From positions 398,936 to 462,935 of the forward strand of contig CP011212.1 in the NCBI GenBank assembly GCA_001029715.1: DNA of 64,000 bases. The letters run 5' to 3'. The translations under genes and the position numbers were made by a program. Below the pieces are notes generated by a model, which searched no databases, was not told the origin of the DNA, and saw only the letters and a list, made by a program, of their open reading frames with translations. Positions 36,948-46,840 of the stretch are shown piece after piece. This DNA is from a candidate division TM6 bacterium GW2011_GWF2_28_16. GTDB taxonomy: Bacteria; Patescibacteriota; Microgenomatia; UBA1400; PJMF01. How positions within the stretch are numbered: the first letter of the stretch is position 1; every line of letters starts with the position of its first letter.

Positions 36948-37164
36948 TTAGATTTTCTGGCAACATATCTGATATTTTTTCAAAAAATGGTCTAAAAATA
37001 GGAATTAAAATATTGACTAAAACTAATAGGACAATGATGTTAAAAAACCAAGCTCCTGCGCTACGAGCCATTCCAGCCAAAAAATTTTTCCTCATAACCA
37101 TCCAATTACTGACATCATAAATAGTGTCGTGTTTTTCTAAGTTGAGTTTATGGTCTTTTGTCAT
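36910..37164 (-). CDS. Small single-TM protein (84 aa); weak
   Basis: ORF track; one hydrophobic helix; overlaps the 5' end of the GT4 frame by 38 nt. Confidence 0.3.
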   Translation of the reverse strand: MTKDHKLNLEKHDTIYDVSNWMVMRKNFLAGMARSAGAWFFNIIVLLVLVNILIPIFRPFFEKISDMLPENLNGIIVQTEKNNY

Positions 37165-37270
37165 TTTTATATTCTAGCTTTTCTTTTTAACTAACTCAAG
37201 CAAAAGAATTTTGTTGATGTTATACTTGACGCATTCAAAATCAAAAAATTTAAAAATAGAAAGGTTTTTA

Positions 37271-39487
37271 ATGTCTTTTAGATCTGGTAAGTGGCAAGAA
37301 GAAATTAACACTAGGGATTTTATTTTAAATAATTTTACTCCCTACGATGGCGATAATTCTTTTCTAAAAGGTCCCACCGAAGCGACCAAAGAACTTTGGC
37401 AAAAATCTAGCGAACTTTTACAAAAAGAGATGAAAAATGGTGGTATTTTAGATATTGATACCAAAACCATCTCTTCAATAACCAGCCATAAACCTGGATA
37501 TTTAGATAAGAAAATTGAAAAGATTGTTGGTTTTCAAACAGACGCTCCACTAAAAAGAGCCATGAAGCCTTATGGAGGTATTAGAGTGGTTGAGGCTGCT
37601 TGTGAAGAAAATGGCTACAAAGTTGATCCGGCAGTTTCTGAAATTTTTAATAAATATCGTAAATCTCATAATGATGGTGTTTTTGATGTTTATACTAAAA
37701 CTATGCGTCAACTACGTTCAACTGGTATTTTGACTGGTTTACCAGACAATTATGCTCGTGGCAGAATTATTGGTGATTATCGTCGTGTGGCTTTATATGG
37801 TATCGATCGTTTAGTTGAGGCCAAAAAAGCAGATAAAGAGACTTTGGATGGCGTAATGACTGATGATTTAATCAGACTCCGTGAAGAAATCAGTGAACAA
37901 ATTAAAGCTTTAGGAGAAATGAAGGAAATGGCTCTTAGCTATGGCTTTGATATTTCTAAACCAGCCAAAAATGCTCAAGAAGCCATTCAATGGACTTGGT
38001 TTGGTTTCTTAGCCGCTCTAAAGGAACAAGATGGTGCAGCCATGAGTTTGGGCAATGTCAGTACTTTTTTTGATGTTTATATCGAAAGAGATCTAAAAAA
38101 TGGCAATTTAACTGAAGTTGAGGCTCAAGAATTAGTTGATCATTTCATCATGAAATGTCGTCTCATTCGTCATTTGCGCATGGATGCTTATAATGAGCTT
38201 TTTGCTGGAGATCCAACCTGGATTACGGAAGCAATTGGTGGCTTTTTCTCTAATGGTCAACACAAAATTACCAAGACTAGTTTTAGATTTTTACAAAGTT
38301 TATATAATATTGGTCCAGCTCCAGAGCCAAACTTAACTATTTTATGGTCAGATAAGCTTCCAAAGGGTTTCAAGAAGTTTGCTGCTCAGGTTTCGATTGA
38401 CACTTCTTCACTGCAATATGAAAATGACAGCCTGATGCGTGAGGCAGGCAATTGTGATGATTATTGTATTGCTTGTTGTGTTTCGATGATGGAAACCGGC
38501 AAAGAAATGCAATTTTTTGGAGCACGCTGCAATTTAGCTAAAGCTTTGCTAATGGCTCTTAATGAGGGTCGTGATGAAATCAGTGGTGAGCTAGTGGTGA
38601 CTGGAATTGAAAAAATGCCAGCTGGCCCAATTAAATATGAAGAATTTATTAAGAGATTTAAGCAAACTGTAGCTTATTTAGCTAAAGCTTACGTTAATAC
38701 CATGGACGTCATTCATTATATGCATGACAAATATTATTATGAAAAAGCTCAAATGGCCTTGATGGATACCGAGGTTAAAAGAAATATGGCTTTTGGTATG
38801 GCAGGATTAAGCGTAGTGGCAGATTCTATTTCAGCGATTAAATTTGCCAAAGTTACACCAATTCGCAATGAAGAAGGTTTGACGACTGGTTTTGAGACAG
38901 AAGGTGAATTCCCAATGTATGGCAATGATGATGATCGCGTTGATACAATCGCTCAGAGCTTGGTTAGCGATTTTAATAAAGAATTGGCTAAGCAACACAT
39001 TTATCGTGATGCAACTCCAACTTTGTCGATTTTAACCATCACTTCTAACGTTGTTTATGGCAAGAAAACTGGTTCTACCCCAGACGGACGTAAAAAAGGT
39101 GAACCTTTTGCTCCAGGAGCGAATCCAATGCATGGTCGTGATCATTCAGGTGCAATTGCCTCACTAAATTCAGTGGCCAAGATTGATTATCATGATGCTA
39201 GAGATGGTGTTTCTAACACTTTTTCAATCGTGCCAAAAACCTTAGGTGAAAATAAGGAAACTCAGGTCAACAATCTTTTGGCAATGCTTGATGGTTACTT
39301 TAACAAAAACGCTCATCACCTAAACGTTAATGTTTTGAATCGTGAAACTTTGGAAGATGCTATGAAGCATCCAGAGAAATATCCACAATTAACCATTCGT
39401 GTTTCTGGATATGCGGTTAACTTTGTCAGACTGAGTGAGGCTCATCAACGAGAAGTCATTGCTAGAACCTTTCATGAAAGCATGTAA
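37271..39487 (+). CDS. pflB: Formate C-acetyltransferase (pyruvate formate-lyase)
   Basis: Collinear with E. coli PflB across the full length ([18 protein letters not shown], catalytic CC in IACCVS, glycyl-radical motif RVSGYAV). GAAAGG RBS 7 nt before the chosen ATG; the ORF-track frame opens at 37211. Confidence 0.9.
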   Translation: MSFRSGKWQEEINTRDFILNNFTPYDGDNSFLKGPTEATKELWQKSSELLQKEMKNGGILDIDTKTISSITSHKPGYLDKKIEKIVGFQTDAPLKRAMKPYGGIRVVEAACEENGYKVDPAVSEIFNKYRKSHNDGVFDVYTKTMRQLRSTGILTGLPDNYARGRIIGDYRRVALYGIDRLVEAKKADKETLDGVMTDDLIRLREEISEQIKALGEMKEMALSYGFDISKPAKNAQEAIQWTWFGFLAALKEQDGAAMSLGNVSTFFDVYIERDLKNGNLTEVEAQELVDHFIMKCRLIRHLRMDAYNELFAGDPTWITEAIGGFFSNGQHKITKTSFRFLQSLYNIGPAPEPNLTILWSDKLPKGFKKFAAQVSIDTSSLQYENDSLMREAGNCDDYCIACCVSMMETGKEMQFFGARCNLAKALLMALNEGRDEISGELVVTGIEKMPAGPIKYEEFIKRFKQTVAYLAKAYVNTMDVIHYMHDKYYYEKAQMALMDTEVKRNMAFGMAGLSVVADSISAIKFAKVTPIRNEEGLTTGFETEGEFPMYGNDDDRVDTIAQSLVSDFNKELAKQHIYRDATPTLSILTITSNVVYGKKTGSTPDGRKKGEPFAPGANPMHGRDHSGAIASLNSVAKIDYHDARDGVSNTFSIVPKTLGENKETQVNNLLAMLDGYFNKNAHHLNVNVLNRETLEDAMKHPEKYPQLTIRVSGYAVNFVRLSEAHQREVIARTFHESM

Positions 39488-40220
39488 TCTGAAAATCCAT
39501 TCGATTGAAACCTTTGGGACTCATGATGGTCCAGGTATTCGTTTGGTAATTTTTGCACAGGGCTGTCTTTTTCGCTGTCTTTATTGTCACAACCCAGACA
39601 CACAAGCTTTGGAAACTGATAAAACCAAAACGATTAAAATTAAAGAAATTCTTGAACTTTTAGAAAAGCAAAGAACCTATTTTGGCAAAACTGGTGGCTT
39701 AACGATTTCTGGTGGTGAGCCAACACTACAAGCCACTGGGTTAATTGAACTTTTCAAAGAATGCAAAAAAAGAGCTTTTAATACCTGTCTCGATACTTGT
39801 GGAGCAATTTATAGCCGAGAAGTGCAAGAGCTTTATGATTTAGCTGATTTAGTCATGCTTGATGTTAAACACATTGATGATGGCTGGCACCAAAAATTAA
39901 CTGGGATGAGCAATGCTAATACTCTTAAAAACGCTGCTTATCGAGAAAAAACAGGCAAAGAATTGTGGTTGCGCTATGTTTTGGTGCCCGGTTGGACCGA
40001 TCAAGAAGAACATCTGGAAACATGGGCTAAGTATTTTGCAAATTATAAAACTCTTAAAAGAGTAGAATTAATTCCTTATCATAAATTAGGAGTTTTTAAG
40101 TATGAGGCTTTGGGTCGTAAATATGAACTCGATGGAGTTGAGCCCCCGACAAAAACTGAGATTGCTAAAGCAGCAGAAATTTTTATAAAGTATTTAGGTA
40201 ATAAAGTTGTGGTGGTTTAA
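39474..40220 (+). CDS. pflA: Pyruvate formate-lyase activating enzyme (radical SAM)
   Basis: [10 protein letters not shown] (CxxxCxxC) and GGEP motif. Start taken at [23 protein letters not shown], overlapping the pflB end by 14 nt. Confidence 0.85.
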   Translation: MKACNLKIHSIETFGTHDGPGIRLVIFAQGCLFRCLYCHNPDTQALETDKTKTIKIKEILELLEKQRTYFGKTGGLTISGGEPTLQATGLIELFKECKKRAFNTCLDTCGAIYSREVQELYDLADLVMLDVKHIDDGWHQKLTGMSNANTLKNAAYREKTGKELWLRYVLVPGWTDQEEHLETWAKYFANYKTLKRVELIPYHKLGVFKYEALGRKYELDGVEPPTKTEIAKAAEIFIKYLGNKVVVV

Positions 40221-40247
40221 GTCATCTCAATGAATAGAAAGTAAATT

Positions 40248-42335
40248 ATGAATTTTGAAGCCCTTTTTTATCCAAAGTCGATCGCTATTGTTGGTGCATC
40301 TAGTAGAGAGAAAACAGTTGGTAATGACGTGGTTAAAAACCTTGTTAGACAGGGCTATGAGGGTAAAATTTATCCAATTAATCCGAAAATTAATAGGCTC
40401 TATGATTTGAAGGTTTATGAGAGTATTGAAAAAATTGCAGATAAAATTGATTTATTAGTGGTGGCTATTCCAGCTAAATTTGTGGCCGAAGAAATTCGTA
40501 AGTCTGCCGAAAAAGGCACTAAGGCTGTGATTGTTATTTCAGCTGGCTTCAAAGAAGCTGGCAATCTAGAACTAGAAAAAGAACTGGCTGAAACTTGCAA
40601 TGAGCTTGAAATTACCTTAATCGGCCCAAATTGTTTGGGTGCAATTAATGCTGAGCATAGCATGAATGCTTCTTTCGCTGCCATCATGCCACCAGTCGGA
40701 GATGTAGCTTTCTTCTCTCAAAGTGGTGCTCTATGCACTGCAGTTTTGGATTATGCCAAAGATATGGGCATTGGTTTCTCTAAGTTTGTGAGTATTGGCA
40801 ATAAAGCTGCTTTAGATGAGCTAGATTTAATTAAATATTTGCATGAAGATCCAAAAACCAAAGTCATTTGTCTTTATGCCGAATCTCTTGAAAATGCTCC
40901 AGAATTTATCAAGGTTTTACGTGAACTGAATAGAGGGGAAAATCCTAAACCAATTATTGTGCTTAAATCTGGTAAGACTAGTGCTGGTGCTGGAGCAATT
41001 GCTTCACATACTGGTTCTTTAAGCAGTGGAGATAGTGCTTACGAAGCTCTTTTTGCTCAGGCAGGGATTATTCGTGCCAATAGCATCAGCGAACTTTTTG
41101 ATTTAGCTCAGGTTTTTTCGATGAATGAGCTCCAAAAAGTTAAAAAAGTAACTATCATCACTAATGCTGGCGGTCCAGGTGTTTTGACTACTGATGCAGT
41201 TGTAGAGAGTGGTTTGGAAATGGCTGAATTAGATCCTAAGACAGTTGCTAAATTGCATTCTTTTTTACCTGCTGCTGCTAGCACTCACAATCCAGTTGAT
41301 GTTTTGGGTGATGCAGTAGGAGAGGTCTATGAAAAGACAATTAGTGTTTTAGCTAAAGATCCAGGCACCGATGCCATTATTCTTCTTTTGACACCTCAAT
41401 CAATGACTGAGCCAGTTAAAACTGCTGAAGCAGTGGTAAAAATGCGTAAAACTAGCAAAAAACCAGTGGTAGTGAGTTTAATGGGCCGAGCTTTGGTAGC
41501 TGAAGGGGTAGAAGTTTTAAAAGAAAATAAAATTGCTTCAACTACTTTTCCAGAGCCAGCCGCAACAGCTTTGGCCAAATTTGCTAAATTTAGTGAATGG
41601 AGTAAAGAAAAGAATGAGTTAGCTTTAAGTTATGATGATGTTGATAAAGCTAAGGTGGCTACAATTTTCACGGAGGCCAAGAGTAAGGGGCAAACTTCTT
41701 TTCCAGAAGCAGAGGCAATGGAGATCATGAGGGCTTATAAATTTCCGCTAATGAAATCTGCTGTAGTTAAAAATGCCAAAGAAGCTTTAAGAATGATGCA
41801 AGAATTTAATTGCGAAGTGGCAATGAAAATTGTTTCTCCAGATATTTTGCACAAAAGCGATGTTGGCGGAGTTAGTTTGGGGGTTACTGCAGAGACTGTA
41901 GTTACTGAATATCAAGCAATGATAAAAAGAGTTGCGCAAAATAAACCTGAAGCAAAATTAGAGGGTGTTTTATTATTACAAATGGCAAAAAAAGGCACAG
42001 AGTTAATTTTGGGTATTAATAAAAATTCTTTAGGCACAATGCTAATGTTTGGTTTGGGTGGTATTTATGTAGAGATATTTAAAGATGTGAAATTTGCTTT
42101 TGCTCCGCTAACCAGAGCTGATGCTTTAAGTATGATAAATGGTTTACATTGTAGTAAATTATTAGAAGGAGCCAGAGGCGAAAAGGCAGTTGATAAAGAA
42201 AAAATTATTGAAGCTATTGGTCGCTTGTCTCAATTGGTAAATGATTTTCCAGAAATTGTTGAATTAGACATCAACCCTTTATTGGTTAATGCTGAAGGCA
42301 CTAAAGTTTTAGATGCAAGAGTGGTGATTGAATAA
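40248..42335 (+). CDS. ADP-forming acetyl-CoA synthetase (fused alpha/beta, NDP-forming acyl-CoA synthetase superfamily)
   Basis: N-terminal CoA-binding domain (IAIVGAS...GYEGKIYPINPK), succinyl-CoA-synthetase-like ligase domain, and C-terminal ATP-grasp domain (VAMKIVSPDILHKSDVGGV). Confidence 0.8.
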   Translation: MNFEALFYPKSIAIVGASSREKTVGNDVVKNLVRQGYEGKIYPINPKINRLYDLKVYESIEKIADKIDLLVVAIPAKFVAEEIRKSAEKGTKAVIVISAGFKEAGNLELEKELAETCNELEITLIGPNCLGAINAEHSMNASFAAIMPPVGDVAFFSQSGALCTAVLDYAKDMGIGFSKFVSIGNKAALDELDLIKYLHEDPKTKVICLYAESLENAPEFIKVLRELNRGENPKPIIVLKSGKTSAGAGAIASHTGSLSSGDSAYEALFAQAGIIRANSISELFDLAQVFSMNELQKVKKVTIITNAGGPGVLTTDAVVESGLEMAELDPKTVAKLHSFLPAAASTHNPVDVLGDAVGEVYEKTISVLAKDPGTDAIILLLTPQSMTEPVKTAEAVVKMRKTSKKPVVVSLMGRALVAEGVEVLKENKIASTTFPEPAATALAKFAKFSEWSKEKNELALSYDDVDKAKVATIFTEAKSKGQTSFPEAEAMEIMRAYKFPLMKSAVVKNAKEALRMMQEFNCEVAMKIVSPDILHKSDVGGVSLGVTAETVVTEYQAMIKRVAQNKPEAKLEGVLLLQMAKKGTELILGINKNSLGTMLMFGLGGIYVEIFKDVKFAFAPLTRADALSMINGLHCSKLLEGARGEKAVDKEKIIEAIGRLSQLVNDFPEIVELDINPLLVNAEGTKVLDARVVIE

Positions 42336-42368
42336 GCTAAAGCCATCTGGTGTTATAATATTCTTTAA

Positions 42369-43499
42369 ATGAAATCAGCTATTTATGCTTTTTCTGGCGA
42401 TCCAATTACCTTCGGTCATCTTGATGTTATTCAGCGTGCAGCAGCAGTTTTTGATCGCTTGGTGGTAGCGATTGGTCTTAATCCTGCTAAAAAATATCTT
42501 TTTTCTCAAGAAAAACGCACTGAAATGGCGCGTAGATCCCTTTTGACTCTTAAAAATGTAGAAGTGAAATCTTTTCAAGGAATGTTGGTGGATTTTGCTT
42601 ATGAAAATAATATTGATGTGATTGTCAAAGGAGTTAGAAGTGCTCAGGATTTTGAGTATGAGCAAAGCTTACACAGCTTAGGTGAAAGCCAGAAACTTGG
42701 AATAGATACTTTTATTCTTTTTGCTAAACCGTCATTGGCACATATTAGTTCAAGCGCGGTCAAAGAAATTCAGCAAGAACAAGGCTTAATTCAAGATTAT
42801 GTGCCAAGCTATGTTAAACAATGCGTCGAAGCCAAGTTGAGTGAGCAATTCATTGTTGGTCTAACTGGTGAGATTGGAGTTGGGAAATCTTATCTTGGGC
42901 AAAAAATGGTAGCTTTGGCTCAAAAAATGGGTTTAGAAGCACATAACATTGAGTTAGATCATTTGTCTTGGCAAATTCAGTCAGATCTTAAAGAAGAAAA
43001 ATATGAAGTAGTCAGAAAAAAAATTATTGATACTTTTGGTGCAGAAATTGCCAATAATGATGGCAGTATTAACCGTAAGATTTTGGGTGAAATTGTTTTT
43101 GCCAATCAAAAAAAATTAGATAAACTCAATGAAATTATGGAGACTCCAATTTTAGTGCGTTTACGTAGAGAGCTAAAAAATAAGAAAGGTTTAATTTTTC
43201 TTAACGCAGCTTTACTAGTTGAGGCACAAATGAGCCAGCTTTCTAATTACAACACGATTTTGCTCGGTGTGGATGAAAAAACTCAGCAAGAGCGACTTCT
43301 AGAAAGAGGATTAAACAAAGAGCAAATTAAAAGAAGATTAAAAAGTCAGTATGATTTTGCTAATAAGAAAAAGAATTTGCAAAAAGAAATTGAGATGAGC
43401 AAGCAAGGTAAACTTTGGACTTTGAATAAGAAAAATGTTACTGGTGAAGAAATGAAAAAACTATTAAATGAGCTTTTGCTTTATTTTGGCATCAATTAG
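42369..43499 (+). CDS. Bifunctional phosphopantetheine adenylyltransferase / dephospho-CoA kinase (CoaD-CoaE fusion)
   Basis: Residues 1-160 are collinear with PPAT (AIYAFSGDPITFGHLDV, KGVRSAQDFEYE, ISSSAVKE). Residues ~165-376 carry the DPCK P-loop GLTGEIGVGKS. Confidence 0.8.
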   Translation: MKSAIYAFSGDPITFGHLDVIQRAAAVFDRLVVAIGLNPAKKYLFSQEKRTEMARRSLLTLKNVEVKSFQGMLVDFAYENNIDVIVKGVRSAQDFEYEQSLHSLGESQKLGIDTFILFAKPSLAHISSSAVKEIQQEQGLIQDYVPSYVKQCVEAKLSEQFIVGLTGEIGVGKSYLGQKMVALAQKMGLEAHNIELDHLSWQIQSDLKEEKYEVVRKKIIDTFGAEIANNDGSINRKILGEIVFANQKKLDKLNEIMETPILVRLRRELKNKKGLIFLNAALLVEAQMSQLSNYNTILLGVDEKTQQERLLERGLNKEQIKRRLKSQYDFANKKKNLQKEIEMSKQGKLWTLNKKNVTGEEMKKLLNELLLYFGIN

Positions 43500-44069
43500 A
43501 ACACCTAGCTTGAATCTCACTAAAGAATAAATCGTTACACAGATAAGAAAAATATAAACGGGGAATCCCCAATGAGCAAAAGTCCAAGATTTAATTGTCA
43601 AGAGAGTTATTCCGGCATTAATCATGCCAAAAAGAAAAATTTTGTAGCTTTCTGATTCTGGTTGACGGTAAGATTTAACAACAGTTGGAATAGAAGCAAA
43701 ACCATCAGCCAAAATAGCAAAGAAGATGGCTAAATTCCCTTCACCAGTTAACTGCCAAATAAGAATTGCAAAAAGAGAAATAGAGCCATAGACGTAGTCC
43801 ATTTTATTTAATTTCCAGTATGATTTTTTGTTAACAAAAGAAGCAATGATAATTAAAAGAGGATTAAAGCCAGTCATAAAAGTCATTAATGAAGTTAATC
43901 CAACTCCTTTGTCTATTTCAGCAGCAAAAGCAATCATTGGGGCTAAGGTCCACAAAAACCAACTAACTCGATTAGGCTTAGTTTTGCCTTTGATGGTATC
44001 AATGAGATAAGTAAGACCACCGTAAAAAGATATTAAAGCTCCCAAAATAATAAATTTTTCATCTAGCAT
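43464..44069 (-). CDS. Hypothetical 6-TM membrane protein
   Basis: ORF track; hydrophobic; 36-nt convergent overlap with the CoaDE gene. Confidence 0.45.
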   Translation of the reverse strand: MLDEKFIILGALISFYGGLTYLIDTIKGKTKPNRVSWFLWTLAPMIAFAAEIDKGVGLTSLMTFMTGFNPLLIIIASFVNKKSYWKLNKMDYVYGSISLFAILIWQLTGEGNLAIFFAILADGFASIPTVVKSYRQPESESYKIFLFGMINAGITLLTIKSWTFAHWGFPVYIFLICVTIYSLVRFKLGVLIDAKIKQKLI

Positions 44070-44084
44070 GCTTGCATTTTAGCA

Positions 44085-44849
44085 CTAGCTTAGTTCTATA
44101 GAAATGGGGCAGTGGTCTGAACCAAGAATATCTTGATGAATTTCTGCTTTTTTAAGTTTTTTACGTAAATTTGGACTAATAAAGAAATAATCGATTCTCC
44201 AGCCAACGTTGCGTTGTCTAGCTCCAGATCGTTGGCTCCACCAAGAATATTGATCTTTTAGATCAGGATGGAGAGCGCGGAAACTATCTATAAATCCAAT
44301 GCCTAGTAATTTATCTATCCAAGCTCTTTCTTCTTTGAGAAAGCCAGAAATCTGGCTATTTTCCTTTGGTCTAGCTAGATCGATTTCTCGATGAGCAGTG
44401 TTAACATCACCGCAAATGACAATGTTTTTTTCGGTTTTAAGTAATTCCTTTAGATAATCTAGTAAGAAATCATAATAAGCCATTTTGTAGGCGAGGCGCT
44501 CAGAAGAGGCTTTGCCATTGGGAAAATAAATATTGAAGAGAATAAAATTTTCAAATTTAGTAATTAAGGTTCGACCTTCGCGGTCAAATTTTTCATTGTT
44601 GAGACCAATTTTGACTTCGTAGGGTTCTTTTTTACTGTAAGTTATTACTCCACTGTAACCTTTTCTTTCTGCCCAAGCGAAATGACTATGAAAGTTTTCT
44701 AATTCAGTCAATTCAAAACCTAGCTGATCAGGAGAAGCCTTGCTTTCTTGCAAACAAACGATGTCAGCTTGATTGCTTTTCATCCAAGCAAAAAAGCCTT
44801 TTTTAGCAATTGCTCTAATGCCATTCACATTCCAAGAATAAATCTTCAT
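44085..44849 (-). CDS. xth: Exodeoxyribonuclease III (AP endonuclease)
   Basis: MKIYSWNVNGIRA...ADIVCLQESKA, ...DYFFIS..., SDHCPI. Start trimmed to MKIYSWNVNG; the ORF-track frame opens at 44903. Confidence 0.85.
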   Translation of the reverse strand: MKIYSWNVNGIRAIAKKGFFAWMKSNQADIVCLQESKASPDQLGFELTELENFHSHFAWAERKGYSGVITYSKKEPYEVKIGLNNEKFDREGRTLITKFENFILFNIYFPNGKASSERLAYKMAYYDFLLDYLKELLKTEKNIVICGDVNTAHREIDLARPKENSQISGFLKEERAWIDKLLGIGFIDSFRALHPDLKDQYSWWSQRSGARQRNVGWRIDYFFISPNLRKKLKKAEIHQDILGSDHCPISIELS

Positions 44850-44885
44850 AATATCGAAATTATAGCGTATATTTGAGCCTGTGTT

Positions 44886-45755
44886 ATGAATCAATTTGAT
44901 CACTTAGTTTTATTAACTCTTACTTACAGCAGTTGTTTCAACTTTGCTTTAAGTGAGAATGAGGTGGCAAGACGCTTAGTGAAAGGCGAAAAAAAATTGT
45001 TCTTTTCTAGAAATAAAATAAAGGTATCTTTAAAAAAATTGCTAGAGCAATCTTTAATTCAAAGTGATGGCCAATATTTTTATTTAGAAGCAAATAATTT
45101 GTTAAATAGAAAAAGTAAAGCTAAATTTGTAGAAAGTAAAAAAGCTGACGCTAAAGAATTTGTTAAACTAGCTCAAAGGGTTCCTTTTGTCAAAGCAATT
45201 GTTTTGACCGGTTCAACAGCTGTTGGCAATGCAGGCAAGAACGATGATTTAGATTTTATGATTATTTGTCAAAATAATACTTTATGGATTACAAGATTTT
45301 TATTAGTTATTTTAACCAAATTAAAAAACAAAAGACCTGGTATTCAGGAAAGCAGTTCTTGGTGCCTCAATCTTTGGTTAGATGAAAATGATTTGGCGAT
45401 GGGAAAACAGAGAAGAAGTCTTTATGAAGCTTATGAAATTTTACAAATGAAATTTATTTTTGATCGCGGTTCTTACGAGCAACTTTTCCTCAATGCCAAT
45501 CAATGGTTAAAAAAACATCTCTTTTTTTATGATAATTTTAAGTTTGGCAGATATAAAAGAGGAATGTCTTTTTCGCTATTCAATCGATTTATGTTTATAA
45601 TCCAAAAACTTTATCGCCAGATTATTTTTGGTAAAGAAAACTTTTCCCTCAGCCCTACCCAAGCATTTTTTAATGAAATTTCATTTAAGGAAAAGCTGTT
45701 TGGAAGGTTGGAGAAGAAATTAGATGAAATTGGCAAACAAACTATCAGTTTTTGA
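44886..45755 (+). CDS. wHTH + nucleotidyltransferase-domain protein (paralog-type of the 27960 gene)
   Basis: NTase signature AIVLTGSTAVGNAGKNDDLDFMII (G[GS]-x10-DLD). N-terminal ~70 aa look like a winged helix. Confidence 0.5.
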   Translation: MNQFDHLVLLTLTYSSCFNFALSENEVARRLVKGEKKLFFSRNKIKVSLKKLLEQSLIQSDGQYFYLEANNLLNRKSKAKFVESKKADAKEFVKLAQRVPFVKAIVLTGSTAVGNAGKNDDLDFMIICQNNTLWITRFLLVILTKLKNKRPGIQESSSWCLNLWLDENDLAMGKQRRSLYEAYEILQMKFIFDRGSYEQLFLNANQWLKKHLFFYDNFKFGRYKRGMSFSLFNRFMFIIQKLYRQIIFGKENFSLSPTQAFFNEISFKEKLFGRLEKKLDEIGKQTISF

Positions 45756-46560
45756 GAATACTTGTTTAAAAGATAAAAAAAGAAATAGTTATCTCCTTAA
45801 TTTCATTAAATTGACAGTTGAAAGAAGAACAAATGAACTCAGGTTATTGCAATTAAAAAAATTAACTAAAATAGCTCCATTGATAGATTTGGGAAAATTA
45901 ACTGCTGGACTAGTGCATGATATTAGACAGCCATTGTCAGTATTGAGTCTAATTTTGCAAGACGCTAAAAGAAATAAAAACATAATTTCTAACTTGGACC
46001 AGGCCTTTTTAGCAATTGATAAGATTGATGATCTTTCAAAAATGAGTGCCTGCATACTTTTTAACGAATCAGAACTTGAAGTTTTCAATTTAAACTTAGA
46101 AATTAATAAGCTAATCAGTTTATTTGAATACAAATCTAGAACGAAAAAAGTAAAGATTATTTTCAAGCCCAGTAGAGATTATGAGCTTTATGCAGATAGA
46201 AAAAAATTAAATCAAGTTTTGGCTAATTTAATTTTAAATGCATTGGAATCTTATGAAAATTTAGAAAAAAGTGATAAAGACATATTTATTAAATTAATTA
46301 GAAAACCAAGAAATTTACTTATTAAAATTAAAGACTATGGCGTTGGAATAAAAAAAGAAAATTTATCTTTAATATTTGAGCCAAATTTTTCTTCTAAAAT
46401 TAAAGAAGAGGCACTTGGTTTTGGGCTTTATGTTGGTCAAGAAGCAATGGCAAAAGGATATGGCACAAAGATTAAAGTTGAGAGTAAAGATAAATTTGGC
46501 TCAACTTTCACCTTGTTTATTAAAAGTAAATTTGTCTTAGATGAAAATAAAGCTAAGTAA
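45724..46560 (+). CDS. Soluble (no TM, no sensor domain) histidine kinase
   Basis: H-box GLVHDIRQPLSV, N-box LANLILNALES, G1 DYGVGI, G2 GFGLYVGQ. 32-nt overlap with the upstream NTase gene. Confidence 0.7.
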   Translation: MKLANKLSVFENTCLKDKKRNSYLLNFIKLTVERRTNELRLLQLKKLTKIAPLIDLGKLTAGLVHDIRQPLSVLSLILQDAKRNKNIISNLDQAFLAIDKIDDLSKMSACILFNESELEVFNLNLEINKLISLFEYKSRTKKVKIIFKPSRDYELYADRKKLNQVLANLILNALESYENLEKSDKDIFIKLIRKPRNLLIKIKDYGVGIKKENLSLIFEPNFSSKIKEEALGFGLYVGQEAMAKGYGTKIKVESKDKFGSTFTLFIKSKFVLDENKAK

Positions 46561-46741
46561 AATATTTTTATAAAATTACCGCTTGCGCTGATTCTCAATT
46601 CTTGCTACTTTAATTATTGCTGTGGAACATAGTGAAAATCTATGACTGTGCCGCAACGGTAATTCCTTTTTAAGGATTAGTCCGATCTTCAGCAAAAGAG
46701 AAATCTTGACGAGCATCGAGGCTGTATATTTTACTGTCGAT

Positions 46742-46764
46742 GCTCCCTAAAGGGGAGCTTTTTT
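46742..46764 (+). terminator. Intrinsic terminator (gctccc-taaa-gggagc + U6) preceded by a competing hairpin
   Basis: Seen directly. An upstream 9-bp hairpin gagcatcga...tcgatgctc (46711-46745) shares nucleotides with the terminator 5' arm. Confidence 0.45.
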
Positions 46765-46840
46765 GTTCAAAGAACCACGGCTATTAATATTATTAATAGT
46801 TATCTTCGTGGTTAATTTCTGCGAAGTAAGAAAGGTTTTT

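Noticed and set aside
37227-37256. Sigma70-like promoter for pflB (TTGACG-N17-TAAAAAT)
   Set aside because: The -10 is only 4/6 in an A-rich background. It is too weak to call. PFL promoters are usually FNR-dependent, and no TTGAT-N4-ATCAA box was seen.
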